Below are positions 13,001 through 26,148 of a DNA stretch of 64,000 nucleotides, one piece after another. Source of the stretch: Thelocarpon superellum (lineage: Eukaryota). The notes under the pieces are model-generated. The model did no database searches, was not told where the DNA came from, and worked only from the letters and a program-made list of their open reading frames with translations. Positions within the stretch are counted from its first letter, which is position 1. Each line of letters opens with the position of its first letter. The translations under genes were made by a program, and so were the position numbers. Location of the stretch: positions 1 through 64,000 of the forward strand of contig JAPEUG010000021.1 of assembly GCA_026025795.1 (NCBI GenBank), written 5' to 3'.

Positions 13001-14105
13001 GGCTGATTCGTTTCCAGACGAAATCGGCGTCTGCGCTGTCCAAGCGCAGGTGGGAGCGCATGATCTTGATGCCTTGCTCATTGACCCATACCACGTATTT
13101 GCCTGTCCGTGACCATTTGATGGTGCTGATCGCTCCTTCGCCGGAATGTAAAACCGTGTCCTTGCCCGTATTGGCACCAAGGCCAATCGTCTCCAGCCAC
13201 CCCGAAGCCGACGCAGCCGCTCCCCCTATCAGGGCTTTCGCGCTGGCGCCCTGCCGGCCGCCGACGGTCAGGATCAGGCGCCCGGCCAGGCCGCCGGACA
13301 AGTAGGATCGATCGGACTTGAAGTCAGGCGACAAGGCGACCGTCTGTACGGGGCGAGAGAAATTGCGGAGGACCACGTCCTTGGCGTCGACCAGGGACGT
13401 GACACAGACATTACCATCGATCGAGGACGTGGCAATGTGAATGGTGTTGGACGGCAGGGGGGGGACGGGAGGTTGAGTTCCAGGCCGGTTAGGGGATGAA
13501 GCACTGGCGGCGCTCGACGAGGGCTTCTCCCATGAGCCCCGCGAATCTTGAACGACTCGATTGATCGGGCCCGATCGTTCATGGGAGATGGGTGGCGGAA
13601 AGGGTGAGATGGAGATGGCGGTCACGGAGGCGGAATGGGCATGGTACACCCGGAGGGTCTGGAAGGAGGGTATAGACAGAACATGCTGTGGCGCCTCAGT
13701 ATCACATTGGGTTACGTGGAGAATGAAGGAGGCGGTGACGCACGATGTTCCCGTTGTGGGTTCCCACGATCTACGACAGTTTAGTATCTTGACATCAGTC
13801 GGCTTACGCCAAAACATGGAGCGCAGAGCAATGCCTACCATCTTATCTCCCGCCACCAGAAAGACACTGGTGGCATCTCCATTTCGATAGAGCCCGCCCA
13901 AGCTGCCTGTGATTCGCGCATATTTGAGCTGCGGCTCCTCTTCCTCCTCGTCTTCCTCGTCTTCCTCCTCGTCATTGCCGCCTTCTTGTTCTGACTGTGA
14001 GGCTGCCGCCGGGAGTAGGCCGAGGGAGTTTAGCGTTCCCTGGCGGTCGGTACCCACTGCAGCATCATCATCCTGCGGCGGGTCATCCGGCTCGGAGGCC
14101 ATCAT
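10035..14105 (-). CDS. VPS41: Vacuolar protein sorting protein Vps41, HOPS subunit (introns 13771-13838, 13686-13743, 12627-12678, 10271-10329)
   Basis: EEPQLKYARI N-terminal motif, WD-like region (IVGTHNGNIHVL, TVLHSGEGAISTIKWS), clathrin-repeat region (PELVYLLSKTGQ, DPDLWNDLLEYSMDKPRFI) and C-terminal RING-like CQGC...FACGHIFHLSC. Confidence 0.95.
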
Positions 14106-14386
14106 GATGAACTTGCAGGTGCTGGCGAATAAGTGAGACATGAATCCCTCGGCGCCCATGGTTGGGGGGAGCACGCTGACTAAGCGACAGCTCTCGGGCG
14201 CTCGGTCTAACGCGAAAGAGAAACACGCGCGGGCATGCGCCAGGATGTCAGGTCGACGCTGCAATTCTCCGCCCCGCCGCCCCGGAGCTTCACTCTCTCA
14301 ACGCTCTCGTCATGGCCGTGCCCGACAGCGTCACGGTCTACTTTGATGACTGTCCGCTGTGAGACCTATCATGTCCAAACACGAGC

Positions 14387-15844
14387 ATGATCGCGGCACT
14401 CTGCCACAGGGCGCTGTCGGCCGGTCCATCCCTTGGCCGTCGACACCTTTCCACGTGGACACTGCAGCACCGAGTCTGGGCCAGCCGTCCTAGCTCTCGA
14501 CGACGAGCCATTCATGGCTCACCCAGCCTGTCGCTTCCGCGCAGGCGTGACTTCTTCTCGTCTAATGCTGCCTTGCAAGAGCAGCAGCAGCATCTGCCGC
14601 CCCTGCAACGCATGAATGGCGACAGCTCGACGATCCCTCAACCAAAGAGAAAAGCTGCACGATCTCCTCCTGGGAAGTCGTCGTTGCGCCGAGTAGCCGT
14701 GGAAGCACAGCGGTCGCGGACAGGGGTGCTATCTCGCAACCCTCAGACGGGTGCTGATTCTTCGCGGACCAAGGTTCGTTTTCTGACTCAAGAACAGACG
14801 CGATGACTCCCGCTGATATCTCGGTCGACGTAGCGGGTCACAGCGTATTGCATCGCGGAACAATTCGACCTCGCTCAGGTCATCCAGATTCTAGAGAGCA
14901 AAGGGCACCCGATTGATCCGTGCCACACAGGCTTGTACTCGCAAGTCGTGCACATTCGCCTTCCTCTGCCTCCTTCCAGCCCGGCGCAGGATGTGAGACA
15001 TGGCGATGTTTTTATCTTCTCCTCCGGCACGGCCGTAGCGTGGTCTCTCCCGGATGAGATTGTGCTTGACCTGGTGACTAAGACGCTCCTTCCGGCGGCG
15101 GAGAATCCCCACATCGAACAGCTGCAGACGGAAGACATGGACTATCTCGAAGACCGCACGAGAGAAAATAGCATGGTACGGGGTGATACCATCACTGTCG
15201 GCACGCGAAGCTCGTCACCGCTCGAGACACCCACAACGATTAATTCAGGCGAGCTCCAAGATCTCGACGCAGCCAAGGCGGCGCCCCGCGGGGACCCGCC
15301 CCGGCGAGACGCAGATGCCATCTTGACAAAAATTGCCTTTTCATCCGGTCTGGCGCGGTCTACCAAACTCGCCGTGCTTGAGACACTCCTCAGCAACTAT
15401 TTCGAGTCGACCCGGTCGATCCCCATGATGCTGTCCCGTGGCTCTCGGCTGCCCTTTACTCGCTCCTTCATCCTCCGCAAAACGGGCCAGTTGCTGAGCG
15501 TGCGCGCCCAACTGAACCTCTACTCGGAGTTAACCGACTCCTTACCTGACCTGTTCTGGGATAGCCGACATGAACTCGGGCTAGAAGGCTATTACGACCA
15601 GGTGGGTCGCGCACTGGATGTAGGAGTCCGGATCAAGATCCTCAACGAAAAGATGGATTATGCGCAAGAGATCGCCAGCGTGTTACGGGAGCGATTGAGC
15701 GAGAAGCATGGGCTGGTTTTGGAATGGATGATCATTGCTCTCATCACCATCGAGGTTGCGTTCGAGGTCTTACGCTTATGGAAGGAGAGCCATGAGCGCG
15801 CCCGAGAGCACGCCCAGATCGATCGGCGTGGGGAAGGAGCGTGA
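14387..15844 (+). CDS. RMD1/DUF155 family protein, probable mitochondrial MRX10/RMND1 orthologue (intron 14774-14833)
   Basis: Arg/Ser-rich mitochondrial-type presequence; VTAYCIAEQFDL; AFSSGLARSTKLAVLE; LDVGVRIKILNEKMDY; C-terminal LEWMIIALITIEV TM. Confidence 0.85.
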
Positions 15845-16062
15845 GCTCCTCAAGGTATGGACCACTTCTCTCCTCTCACATTCACTGCTTGGCTCGGGTC
15901 ATTGTATGAGCCTTTGGACCTTATTTCTCATCGGAGGGAATGTGGGAAGGGTGGACAGGTGGTGGCACACGATATGAACCTCTCTTGTCTTGCGCCATAG
16001 CACTCTACTCTTTTCTCGGGCGGCAAGACAACCAGCTGTCATATCTCCCCTCTAGACCCACC

Positions 16063-17219
16063 ATGACCGAATTATCTATCTATCTCTGGCCCCGTGACGA
16101 CCGTCTATGCTTCAACACATCGAGTCCCGGCCATCCAGGCTCGGTGATCTCCGACGACAGCCCTTGCGAGATCACCGACCCATCCTCCTGCTGCCCCAGC
16201 GACTCGACGTGCTCTCAGGGCGCCTGTGTGATTGGAGGCGGCTCGCCCTTTCGCCCAACATCCTGTACGGACTCGAGTGGCGTCTGTCCCCCGTGGTGTC
16301 CGTACGTATCCCGCATGTCCTGGCCAGTCAGCGCAGGGCTCACTCGTTGCGTAGGGGGAACTTCGTCTACTGCATCGATCACTGCTGTTCCGACGGCCAA
16401 GTGTGCGGAAATGGCGGATGTGTCAACGGCCAGACGGCGTTGACCTCCATCTACATCCCCATGCAGACGACCGTGCAGACGTCTTCCGCAGCGCTTCCTC
16501 CGCGACCGGAGTCGAGCAGTGGTCCGTCTACTACTTCCCACTCTTCAGCGTCTTCCTCCGCATATTCTCTCCCACTTGGCTCCGGCTCTTCTTCAACGCC
16601 ACCCCCGTCTCACCCCGTTGATCCTTCTCCTTCGTCTATCTCATCTGCCTCGTCTGGATCCATAACCTCTCCTAACTCTTCTGACTCAGTAATTCCATCA
16701 GCACCGTTCACCTCATCCACCTCACCCAGCTCCACTAGACCATCTACTACATCAGCTACCACGCCATCTACCTCGTCATCTACCAGATCAACCGCCGCAC
16801 TCCCGGCAGCCGCAAACACTACCAATGCCTCCCACGGACTACCCACGTCATCGCACCACGTCAGCACCGGCGCCCTTGTGGGGATAATTGCCGGCGCCAC
16901 GACAGCCATCATCCTCATTCTCCTCATCATCACTCGATACTCCTACCGCCGGGGGATTCGACAAGGAACCCAACGGGGACAGTTGCACGCCCTGCGACCC
17001 ATCCACGCTCTGCGGGCATCCTTGTATGAGTACGGTCGGGCGACGAGCGCAGCGGCCATGGCCGCGGCAAAAGCAACCATATCACCACGGAAGAAAGACC
17101 TGAACCATCCTGCCTTTCGCCGTGATCCTGAGCTGTTCTATGCTGGCCCGGCTTATGTCCCGTTTCCTGCCGAGCCTGAGATGCTCTTTGTGCCGTTTCC
17201 AGCAGGGCCGGGCTACTGA
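16063..17219 (+). CDS. Mid2/Wsc-like single-pass membrane protein: Cys-rich head, Ser/Thr stalk, TM, basic tail (intron 16302-16354)
   Basis: GTACGT...GCTCAC...TAG intron joins CCPSDSTCSQGAC...CPPWCP|GNFVYCIDHCC to an S/T stalk and TM GALVGIIAGATTAIILILLII followed by RYSYRR. Confidence 0.7.
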
Positions 17220-17385
17220 ATTGGAGTTTGGGTTCGACTTTGGTTTCTTGGCAAGAGTACGACGATTAATGCGACACCCTTGGACTACTTGACGAAAGTA
17301 CCTCAGTCCCATTGACCAAGCTTTTGCCTGCTTTACGCGCCCCTGCCAATCTTTTGAATTCCAGGGGTATATTCTCGCGGCTGCG

Positions 17386-19659
17386 TCACTTCATGATACC
17401 CGCAATCACACACATGACGCCAATATATCTGAACGGGTGACAGATTAGCAAGTCGTCATGAAAATCACAGGCGGGAAAGACCTACACCGCGGTACCCAGC
17501 TCGCATCTGGGCTCGAGAAGGGGCCAGCATCGATGACTCTGGGCGAGGATGGCAAGTGAAGCACCGGCAATGATCAGGACGATGATAATGCGCGCCGGCA
17601 GGCTAGGCACGATGCCGAAGGTCAACACTGGGAGGAGAACGGCTCCGACTGCCACCATCAGGAGAAGTCGCTTGGCTGGGTCGCCATAGCCTGTGGGCTT
17701 GTCCGAGGATACGAGAGAAGGAGAGGATGAGATGCTGGTGAGAGCAAGCAGATCGCTATCGTGGCGCAGGAACTGCGCCTCAGCCTCCGCAATCGGATTG
17801 TGCGTCGCCATCCAGCCTCGATAGGCCTCGATGTCCTGAGAATTCGGGGGATCCAGCGTTTTGAGAAGGGTGGCGTACGACGACAACGCTTGGTCTGCGA
17901 TCGGTTAGACTGGCTCGGAGATTACTTGGAACGTTTGGTGATGAAACTCACTGTAGTGTCCTACTTTAGTGAAGACCCGACCCAGCACGTCGATCCGCCG
18001 CCAGTCGATCTCCTTGGCGTACCGCGACGCGGCTCGGCGGGACGCGGGGCGAGGCGCTGACGTTCCACCAGGCGAAGGAGTCCTTCGCGTATGCGCGTCG
18101 GCCTCGTCAATTCGCCCGAGCTCCTCCTCGAGCTCCGTGATTTCGTCCTGGAGATGCAGAAAGAGACGGTGGTTGAGCGTCTCGAATTTCCGATAGAGAG
18201 GCATGACGCTTCCGAGATTGGACGATGTCCCTGGCGCACCCGATGATAGGCTCGACGCCAGCAGTCCATAGCCGGAGAGACCGCCCTCCTCGTGGATCAC
18301 CTCCGATGGCGCAGATGACCGGTGCGGCTTCACAAAGGGCATATTCGGGCTGGACTCCCAACTGCCAGGAAGCCCGACCTGCTCCGGGTTGGAGAGATCA
18401 AAGTCGGCTGGCGTAGATCGTGGCTCCCGCAGCTCCGCCAGCGTCGGTAGGCGGAACTGCGCTGCCGCACTCAAGCCCGACGCGAGTCGCTCTCGCTGTC
18501 GTGCAAAGATGGGCTCGAATACGTCACGGGCGCTGAGCTTGCCCTTACCCGATCGACCCCCTTTGCCCGCCAGTAATGGCCCCATTCGATCTGGGCTCTC
18601 GTCGCGGATGGAGATGCCCGAGTCCGAATGAAAGCTTCCTGCGTTGGATGAGTTCGAGCTGGTCTCTTTTTCCTCTAGCATATCCGTTAAGCCGCTTGGG
18701 CCGGTCTCATTGCTAGGAGAACGTGCCGGAGGATGCACGCTGGATGCCGATGTGGGACGAGTGCTCCATTCCACCGGCTTGTCCAATGTGGCCGACCCTT
18801 CTTCCATATATTCAAACACATTGGGCGCTGCTTTCACCCTTGGCTCCGAGGTCTCCGGAGCCGCGGCGCTCGCAGCGGCGTCTGGGTCGAATTGCTGGGG
18901 CCTCGGCCGCCGCGTCTTTGACGCTGAGTCTTGAGTGACGGTAGAATTGCTGCCACTGGATCCCCCCGACGAATTTGTCATGCCGGACAAACTGGTCAAA
19001 TTCGAGACGACGGAGGCCGACGGTTTGCCGCCAACGTGGTAGGGGGAGGTCCCAACGGGGCGTGACTTGCCGTCCGAGGCAAGCTCGGCGTCGCGCTCGT
19101 CACACTCATCGCCCTGCTCAGCCTCCACGGAGTAGACCGAATTGGACGACGCCAGGCTGCCCGTGGATGCGGGCCGACGTAGGCCCGGCGCTTCTCCTCC
19201 CGTTTGCATGTTAACGATCTCACCGAGGCGAGGAGAATGCTGGTCCACCTCCTTTTTCAAGGCGTCGCGATCGGTGAGCCCCCGCGACGACTGTGACCAT
19301 GATGACGACGCCGAATCTTCGCGCAGAGGACTGGACTTGGTGGTTCCCGACGGATTCTGCGAGTGACGCGCCTCCCGTCGCCGCTCTCGCTCGGCCAAGG
19401 AGGTGGAGGACATGCTATGGGCCCGGTGCGCCTTGTGCCGTCTCCTAGACGGCTTCTTCGACGAGCTCGTAAGGGACACGGTACTTCTTCGATTGAGGTC
19501 CTGCGGTTCGTACTCCTCGTCGGAATACCCCAGCACCGTCTCGACCGTCGGAGATAGGTATTGTGATCTGGTGGACGAGGTCCGCTCGACCTGCACTGCT
19601 GTGAGCGATCCACCGTGTACCCTAAATGCGCAATCATGCCCCACCATTCTGGCCAACAT
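17386..19659 (-). CDS. DUF6594-domain protein with long disordered N-terminus (introns 17895-17951, 17429-17485; start uncertain)
   Basis: GYGLLAS...PLYRKFETLNHRLFLHLQDEITELEEEL and Y|NQALSSY...YRGWM...EAQFLRHDSDLLAL followed by TMs, ending VYIGVMCVIAGIMK*. This is the fungal DUF6594 pattern. Confidence 0.75.
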
Positions 19660-20330
19660 CTAGACGACGGCTCGGTCAAAAGGAGGTGGCTGCGGCCACA
19701 CGGGCAACGGGTGATGAGTCGAAGGCCGCACCGAGACTGAAGGTAGCATTCCCGCGGCCGAGAGGGAGGTGCACCGCGCACAGAGGGGGCAGAGGGGGGG
19801 AGGGTGAAGTCTTCGCAGCCCAGTGAGGGGTGGAGAGACCGGATCGATGTCGCTGGAGAACCCAATAAGCCCGAAATGACAAGAGGGCAGCGAGGAGCCA
19901 ATGGCGCATGTGAGGTCTGGCGCGGTCGTCATGCTTGGGCGCACGCATTGAATGTGCTGGCGGCGCATCATTCGCAGTGGCATGGCGTCGGCGAGGACTT
20001 GTCTCAGTAACCTCTGGCGGGGTCAAAGTCTGGTACCAGCTGGGAACGAGGTATGTGCGACGGCACTATGGTGCTGATGCAACCCGCGCCAATCGGCGTT
20101 CGTTCAGGATGGGGCGATGAGAACCGGGATGCCGAATCTTCGGCCACCCTCTTTCGGAGGAGGGGGCTTCTGGAAGGACACTAGAGGATGATTTGCTTTC
20201 GCGTGCCCCGCGCTTGGACGGTCGAAGAGAGACCGGAGCCCGGACGATCCTGCTTTTGGCGCTGGCACGTGATACTCCAGGTCTATCGGACAATAGCCAT
20301 GCCCATTTCTATTACCTAAACAACTCGCTT

Positions 20331-20386
20331 CCACCTACTGGACCACCTACTGGACCACCTACTGGACCACCTACTGGGCCACCTAC
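20331..20386. repeat. Tandem 12-mer (CCACCTACTGGA) x ~4.7
   Basis: Direct reading; lies in the intergenic region between divergent genes. Confidence 0.9.
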
Positions 20387-20797
20387 GCCTCGTGAATAGC
20401 TTAGAGGTTGCTTACGCTCAGGGCACCGGTACCGGAGTAACCGACGCGTTCACGCTCAATCCACGCCATCATGACAGCGACATAAGCAATATTCCATATG
20501 GGTGGTACGAGTTCTTGAAGCTTCGTAGCATTGTGAGACCTGCTCTGGTCTAGATGTTACAGCTACCATGCTGTTCACACATTTTGAGACTCACCACCAT
20601 CCCTCGACTTGACGACTTTTAGCCGTAGAGTCAGTGCGATGTTTGTGTGTCGATGGTCTCGGCTGTAACGAAAAACCAACCTCGCCAATTCCAGACACCC
20701 TCACGCGGTCAAGCGTCGATGTATGTATCGATGATCGCCTCATTCGACGGAGCTACTCGATGAAGCATCCCTGCTCTTACGCCACATTGTATCTCCC

Positions 20798-22887
20798 ATG
20801 CTCTCTCGCCGGCCTGGGGTGCCATGGAGACGCCTTGGGTCCAGATACCTCGCTCGGGGTCGCTCGAGTCCTCATGACGTGAGTTGGACGGCCAGCAAGT
20901 CTTCAGCTCGCGCCACTGGTGCCTTCGCCACCCATTCCAGCGGTGCGGGATCGCTGCGGACAGGGTCGCCAGATCTGCCGAGAAATCGGCATGATCTTGG
21001 CGACGATTCTCCGCGGTCTAGGAAGTCCGAGGTCCGGATCGACGAGGATCAATGGCAGTTGACTGTGGGCATTGAGATCCATGCTCAATTACATACGGAG
21101 CGAAAGCTCTTTTCCGGTAGGCACATATGCTTAGGACTATAGACCTGTAGATGCGTGAGAATTGACCTCTTCTAGATGCCGCCACATCGGTGAACGATGA
21201 ACCAAATACCCATGTCTCCGTCTTTGACGCCGCCCTTCCCGGCACGCAGCCAGTGAGTCAAGCAATGGGATCAGATGATGTTTGGGTTTCGTGATCTGAC
21301 TTCCGTGCAGAACTTTCGGAGCGAAGTGCTTTTGCCCGCGGTGCGGGCAGCTCTGGCCCTGAATTGCAAGGTGCAACATATCAGTCGATTCGACCGGAAA
21401 CATTACTTCTACCATGATCAACCGGCGGGATATCAGATCACTCAGTACTATCGTGAGGCGCACGTCACGTACCTTGGATACGTCGCTGATGGCCGCGTCG
21501 CTGCACAGATCCATTGGCTCTAGATGGCCACGTTGACTTGTTCGGCCATGACGGCATCGCCCCTGAAGATGGGGAGGCCGTCCGAATCGGCATCAAGCAG
21601 ATTCAGCTAGAGCAAGACACCGCCAAAACGCTGGTCCAGTCTCCGTCGACACATCTCATCGACTTGAATCGTGTCTCCTCGCCCTTGATTGAGATCATCA
21701 CCCTACCGCAGATGCATCACCCCAACACGGCGGCAGCATGTGTGAGGAAACTCCAGACCATCCTACGGAGCGTGGGTGCGTGTGTCGTGGGCATGGAGCT
21801 AGGAGGGCTCCGAGCGGACGTCAACGTCTCGGTACGGCGCCGCAATGCATCCCAGGGCCAGGCGGACGGGCATCACTACCATGGCATCGCGGGGCTGGGC
21901 CAGCGCACTGAGATCAAAAATCTCAGCAGTTTCAAGGCCGTCGAGGGCGCGATTCGGGCCGAGCGAGATCGCCAGATTCGCGTCCTGGAATCTGGTGGCT
22001 CCGTCGTGGGCGAGACACGTGGGTGGGAGCTGGGCGGGTCGGAGACGACGCTGCTGCGGAGCAAGGAAGGAGAGGTCGACTATCGATATATGCCCGACCC
22101 CGACTTGGGTCCCATCGTTGTGAGCCCGCAAGTCATTGAGCAGCTTCGGGGCGGACTGCCCATGCTGCCTGACCAGCTGCTGGGCTCTTTGACGTCCTTG
22201 CGAAGCTACGGTCTCACGGTCAAAGACGCCAAAACGTTGATGGCCCTCGACGACGGCGCACGCGTCGATTACTACTGTGACGTGGTCCAGCGCGTCCACG
22301 CCGCGTTACCTCCGGCGGCAGAGACAGATGCTGATGCATCATTGCTCGGCAAGATGGTGGGAAACTGGTATGTGGAATCCTTCCGCCGACTCACGGGGCG
22401 GCTGCTTACCGTTTTTCCAGGGTTCTCCATGAGCTTGGAGGTCTACTTGCAAACGCCGACACGCCGTGGGACCAGAGTCCCGTGCCAGCGTCTCGTTTGG
22501 CTGATATCCTCGGTCTGTTGGCGACGAAGCAGATTACAGGTCGGTCGAACGATATACAGAGGCCTTCAATGGCGGCTGACGGATATCTGACGAGTAGGGA
22601 GGACAGCGAAATATCTTTTAAGCACCGCGTTTGGAGGAGATAGTCGCATCATCGCCCACATCGTGGCCGATGAGCATTTACTGCTACGTCCAATGTCAGA
22701 GGCGGAGTATGACGCGCTTGCACGGCGAGTCATGCACGCGCAGGGCAAGACGGTGGAACAGATCCGCGAGAAGGGCCAGGTGGGCAAGATCAACTTCCTG
22801 CTAGGCCAGATGATGCGGCAGGGCGAGGAGGGCCGCGTGGAGGCTCGTAAAGCCGAGACCGTCCTCCGGCGACTACTCCAGCCGTAG
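20798..22887 (+). CDS. PET112: Mitochondrial glutamyl-tRNA(Gln) amidotransferase subunit B (introns 21117-21175, 21253-21310, 21453-21508, 22368-22420, 22540-22597)
   Basis: [90 protein letters not shown]. Confidence 0.95.
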
Positions 22888-23410
22888 ACCGACATTGCGT
22901 CTCCATGTGGACGGTGTGCCGTACGAAGAGCCTTCATCCACAAGACGTCATGTGCGGCACGCTGTAGCAAGCGGTGGATGGGATGGCGCGATTGAGAGAA
23001 GCTGTGAGGCTTCCCGAAGTAAAGCATGTCGCTTGACCACCAAGAGGGGGGGGGTCCAGGGGCTGTTGGTCATCGCCTCCGGGTTACGTAACCGTACCGA
23101 GCCGATTTGGGCCGGATGTGCCAAAAGACCTGAACGCAGCCACGTGCAGGCTCGAGCTTTTACCACCATGGACACGACGCAACGGAGATGGCCCTGCCTG
23201 TCCTTATGCCGTCAATACCCATATTCTTAAGATATATCATGTAGCGGTTTCCGTTCCCGCTCATGTAATCTTCCATGATCTCCGCTGCTATGCTGAACCC
23301 GTGAGCTCTGCGGTCTGCCCCGCCCCTCAGCCCTCCGTTACTTCCCCGCCATCGCCCCTCGTCTCGGGATCTGCAATTCTACCATCCGTTGTACTCGTAC
23401 CCCGCCCACC

Positions 23411-24615
23411 ATGACTGCTCCGTCCACCGTGACCCCGAAGTTTTTGGAGAATGCACTGGACCTCGGTGTCGTCGCGGTGGGCTTCTCCGGCGGGCAGGTA
23501 CGTGCTGGTTCACGCGGCCAGGCGACAGCGGAAACATCGGCTTGAGGCATGGACCCAATTGACGCATCGCAGTGCAAGCCAGGCGTGGATGCTGCGCCTA
23601 CAGCCTTGATCTCGGCGGGTCTCCTCACACAGCTCAAGGAGGATCTGGGCTATACGTTGCACCACGACAACACGGTCCATTCGTACACGGAAATTATGCC
23701 GGCCTCGGACCCGGTCTACCGCAACATGAAGTCCCCGCTGGCCGTGAGCGCCGTCACCCAGCGCCTGAGCGAACAGGTCTACGAGCATGCGTCGCAAGGC
23801 CGATGCGTGCTGACCATAGGCGGCGACCACTCCCTCGCCATCGGCTCCATCGCCGGTTCGGCCCGGGCGGTGCGGCAGCGACACAACGGCCGGGAAATGG
23901 CGGTGATCTGGGTGGACGCACACGCGGACCTCAACACGCCCGAGACGTCGGAGAGTGGCAATATTCACGGCATGCCCGTGGCCTTTCTGACGGGCATCGC
24001 AACCGAAGGTCGGCCCGACATCTTCGGATGGCTGAAAGAGGACCAGATGATCAGCACCAAGAAGCTGGTCTACATTGGCTTGCGCGACGTGGACCGGGGC
24101 GAGAAAAGGATTCTGCGGGACCATGGCATCCGTGCCTTTTCGATGCATGACATCGACAAGTGAGTCGCGATGGATTGCACCGTCATCGGCCCCGGCTCAT
24201 GCGTTCGTCCTAGGCACGGAATCGGCCGGATCATGGAGATGGCCTTGGGCCATATTGGCAACGACACGCCCATCCATCTCTCTTTCGACGTCGACGCCTT
24301 AGACCCCATGTGGGCCCCCAGTACAGGCACGCCAGTGCGAGGTGGACTCACGCTCCGCGAGGGCGATTACATCGCCGAGTGTGTGCACGAGACGGGCAGC
24401 CTGGTAGCCATGGATCTGGTGAGACAGGCGTCGCGCGCCGCGCGCCGCGCGCCGCGCGCCAAGCTCCAAGCTCCCCGTTCAAGCTCCGGACCTTGTTCGA
24501 CTAACGTCCTTGGCAGGTCGAGGTCAATCCAGCCATTGACGAAGCCGGGGCCAAGGAGACGATTCGAGCGGGATGCTCCCTCATTCGCTGCGCACTTGGG
24601 GATCAATTATTGTAA
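23411..24615 (+). CDS. CAR1: Arginase (introns 23498-23572, 24160-24213, 24419-24516)
   Basis: Ureohydrolase motifs GGDHSLAIG, WVDAHADLNTP, HGMPV, YIGLRDVD, SFDVDALDP..APSTGTPVRGGL, DLVEVNP. Confidence 0.97.
24432..24488. repeat. (CGCGCGC)x4 followed by CAAGCTC copies within arginase intron 3
   Basis: Direct reading. Confidence 0.85.
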
Positions 24616-26148
24616 GGGCTTGGTGGGATGAGGTTCTGGTCAATGACCCTGGCCTGGGTTGGCATCGTGCGGAGTCCCAGGAGCACATGCACAGTGTCGT
24701 AGCGCCCCAAACGCCGTGGAATGCAATGCCAAGAGGGCCGATACATTGGCCCGACTCATTCAGTGTGCTTGATTCAAGCGCAGGACGATCATCTCCCAGC
24801 ATTCCACATGGGATGGCTAGAGCTTTCAAAAATCGAGAGGATAGATGGAGACGACGACGCACCTCAGCGACCTGAGCGCTGTTGGATTGACGTGATGTCT
24901 GGGTTGGCGGAAAAAGTCACCGTAAGCTTATCGCCTGCCGGCGTGCGTCCGCTTCCCTGCGTAGGGGGGGTTGCCAAGCGTGCCGCGCGTCGTATCGTCA
25001 TGTCCATCCGCTGCGCGAAATGCAGCGATGTTTCGTCAAAGGCATGATTGGCAGGCCCCTGGAAGAGAACTCCTCCGTGGTGGGGTGCATTCTTCCCGTG
25101 GCCGGACCGTTTCCGGGCCACGGACGTCAGTGGCTGCTGCCGTGCGGTATGGCCTGCCTGTGCCTCTCGGGCGTGCCTGGAACGTGACGAGTCTCGTGTG
25201 CCGAGCCACGAGGGCAGCGGGAAAAGCAGGAGCAGCAGCAGCAGCCGCGGTGCTCTCGGCAGCAGCTTGCGGAGGACGCGTACGACGTACTTCGTACCAG
25301 TAGTGCCGGTCGTGCTTGGCCCGCCGGGCCCCTTCCCCTTCCCCTTGCCCAGCCGAGCAGAATGTCCGTGAGCGAGACGAATCCGCGGTAGAGTGGCTTG
25401 GTGCGAAGTCGCCGGGCGCCACGACTGAGTAGCGTGAGGCACGAGCGTGGTATCTGTGGCCAGTGAGGAGCAGGCGGAGCCCTCCAACTCGGCACGTCCA
25501 GTGCCTGGGTGCTTAACTACGCCCCACGCGTACTCGCAAGGAGTGGAAGGGCGGATATCGGGAGGTGGAATGCTTGCCTGCCTTCAGCTAGGGAGAGGGG
25601 ACCAGCCAACCACCGCGGATCGGCGGGCGGGCCATGTGCCAAGATCCACCATTTTCTTCCCCGACGCGCATCGCCGTCCATGCCCGATCGACGAAGTCTC
25701 CCTCATCCACAGGTGCTCTGAAGAAACATCGCGATCGACTTCTTCGCTTCCTTCACCCTCCAACCTTTACTTTTTGCCCCGACTCATCCAGACTCTCCCC
25801 ATCTCTCTTCTTCCCTCTCTTCTCCTCTGCGCCCTCCCCGCCGCACTGTCGCTCATCTCTCCTCTGACTCTTCTTTTCCCCGCTTCGACCCTTCCACGAT
25901 GCATGCGCAACCTTAACAACCATCTTCCTCGCTGGTTCGAGCCACGCCTCCCGTCTATCCCAGCCATCGCCACGGACATTTTCCCACCCAGCTGGGAATA
26001 TGTTCGGATCTGGATCGAGCATTGTGACAGCCCTTGATTGATCTTAGAATTCTGGCCCACTTGCACGACGGTCATCGTCGTCGTCCGCTCCTTCCACCCG
26101 CCACCCTCATCTCGCGCCCTCGCCACGGTGCGCTTCACGATCAACATC

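Noticed and set aside
25073..25080. NirA consensus site CTCCGHGG (also 50763-50770)
   Set aside because: Several matches are expected by chance in 64 kb of GC-rich DNA, and none precedes a nitrate gene.
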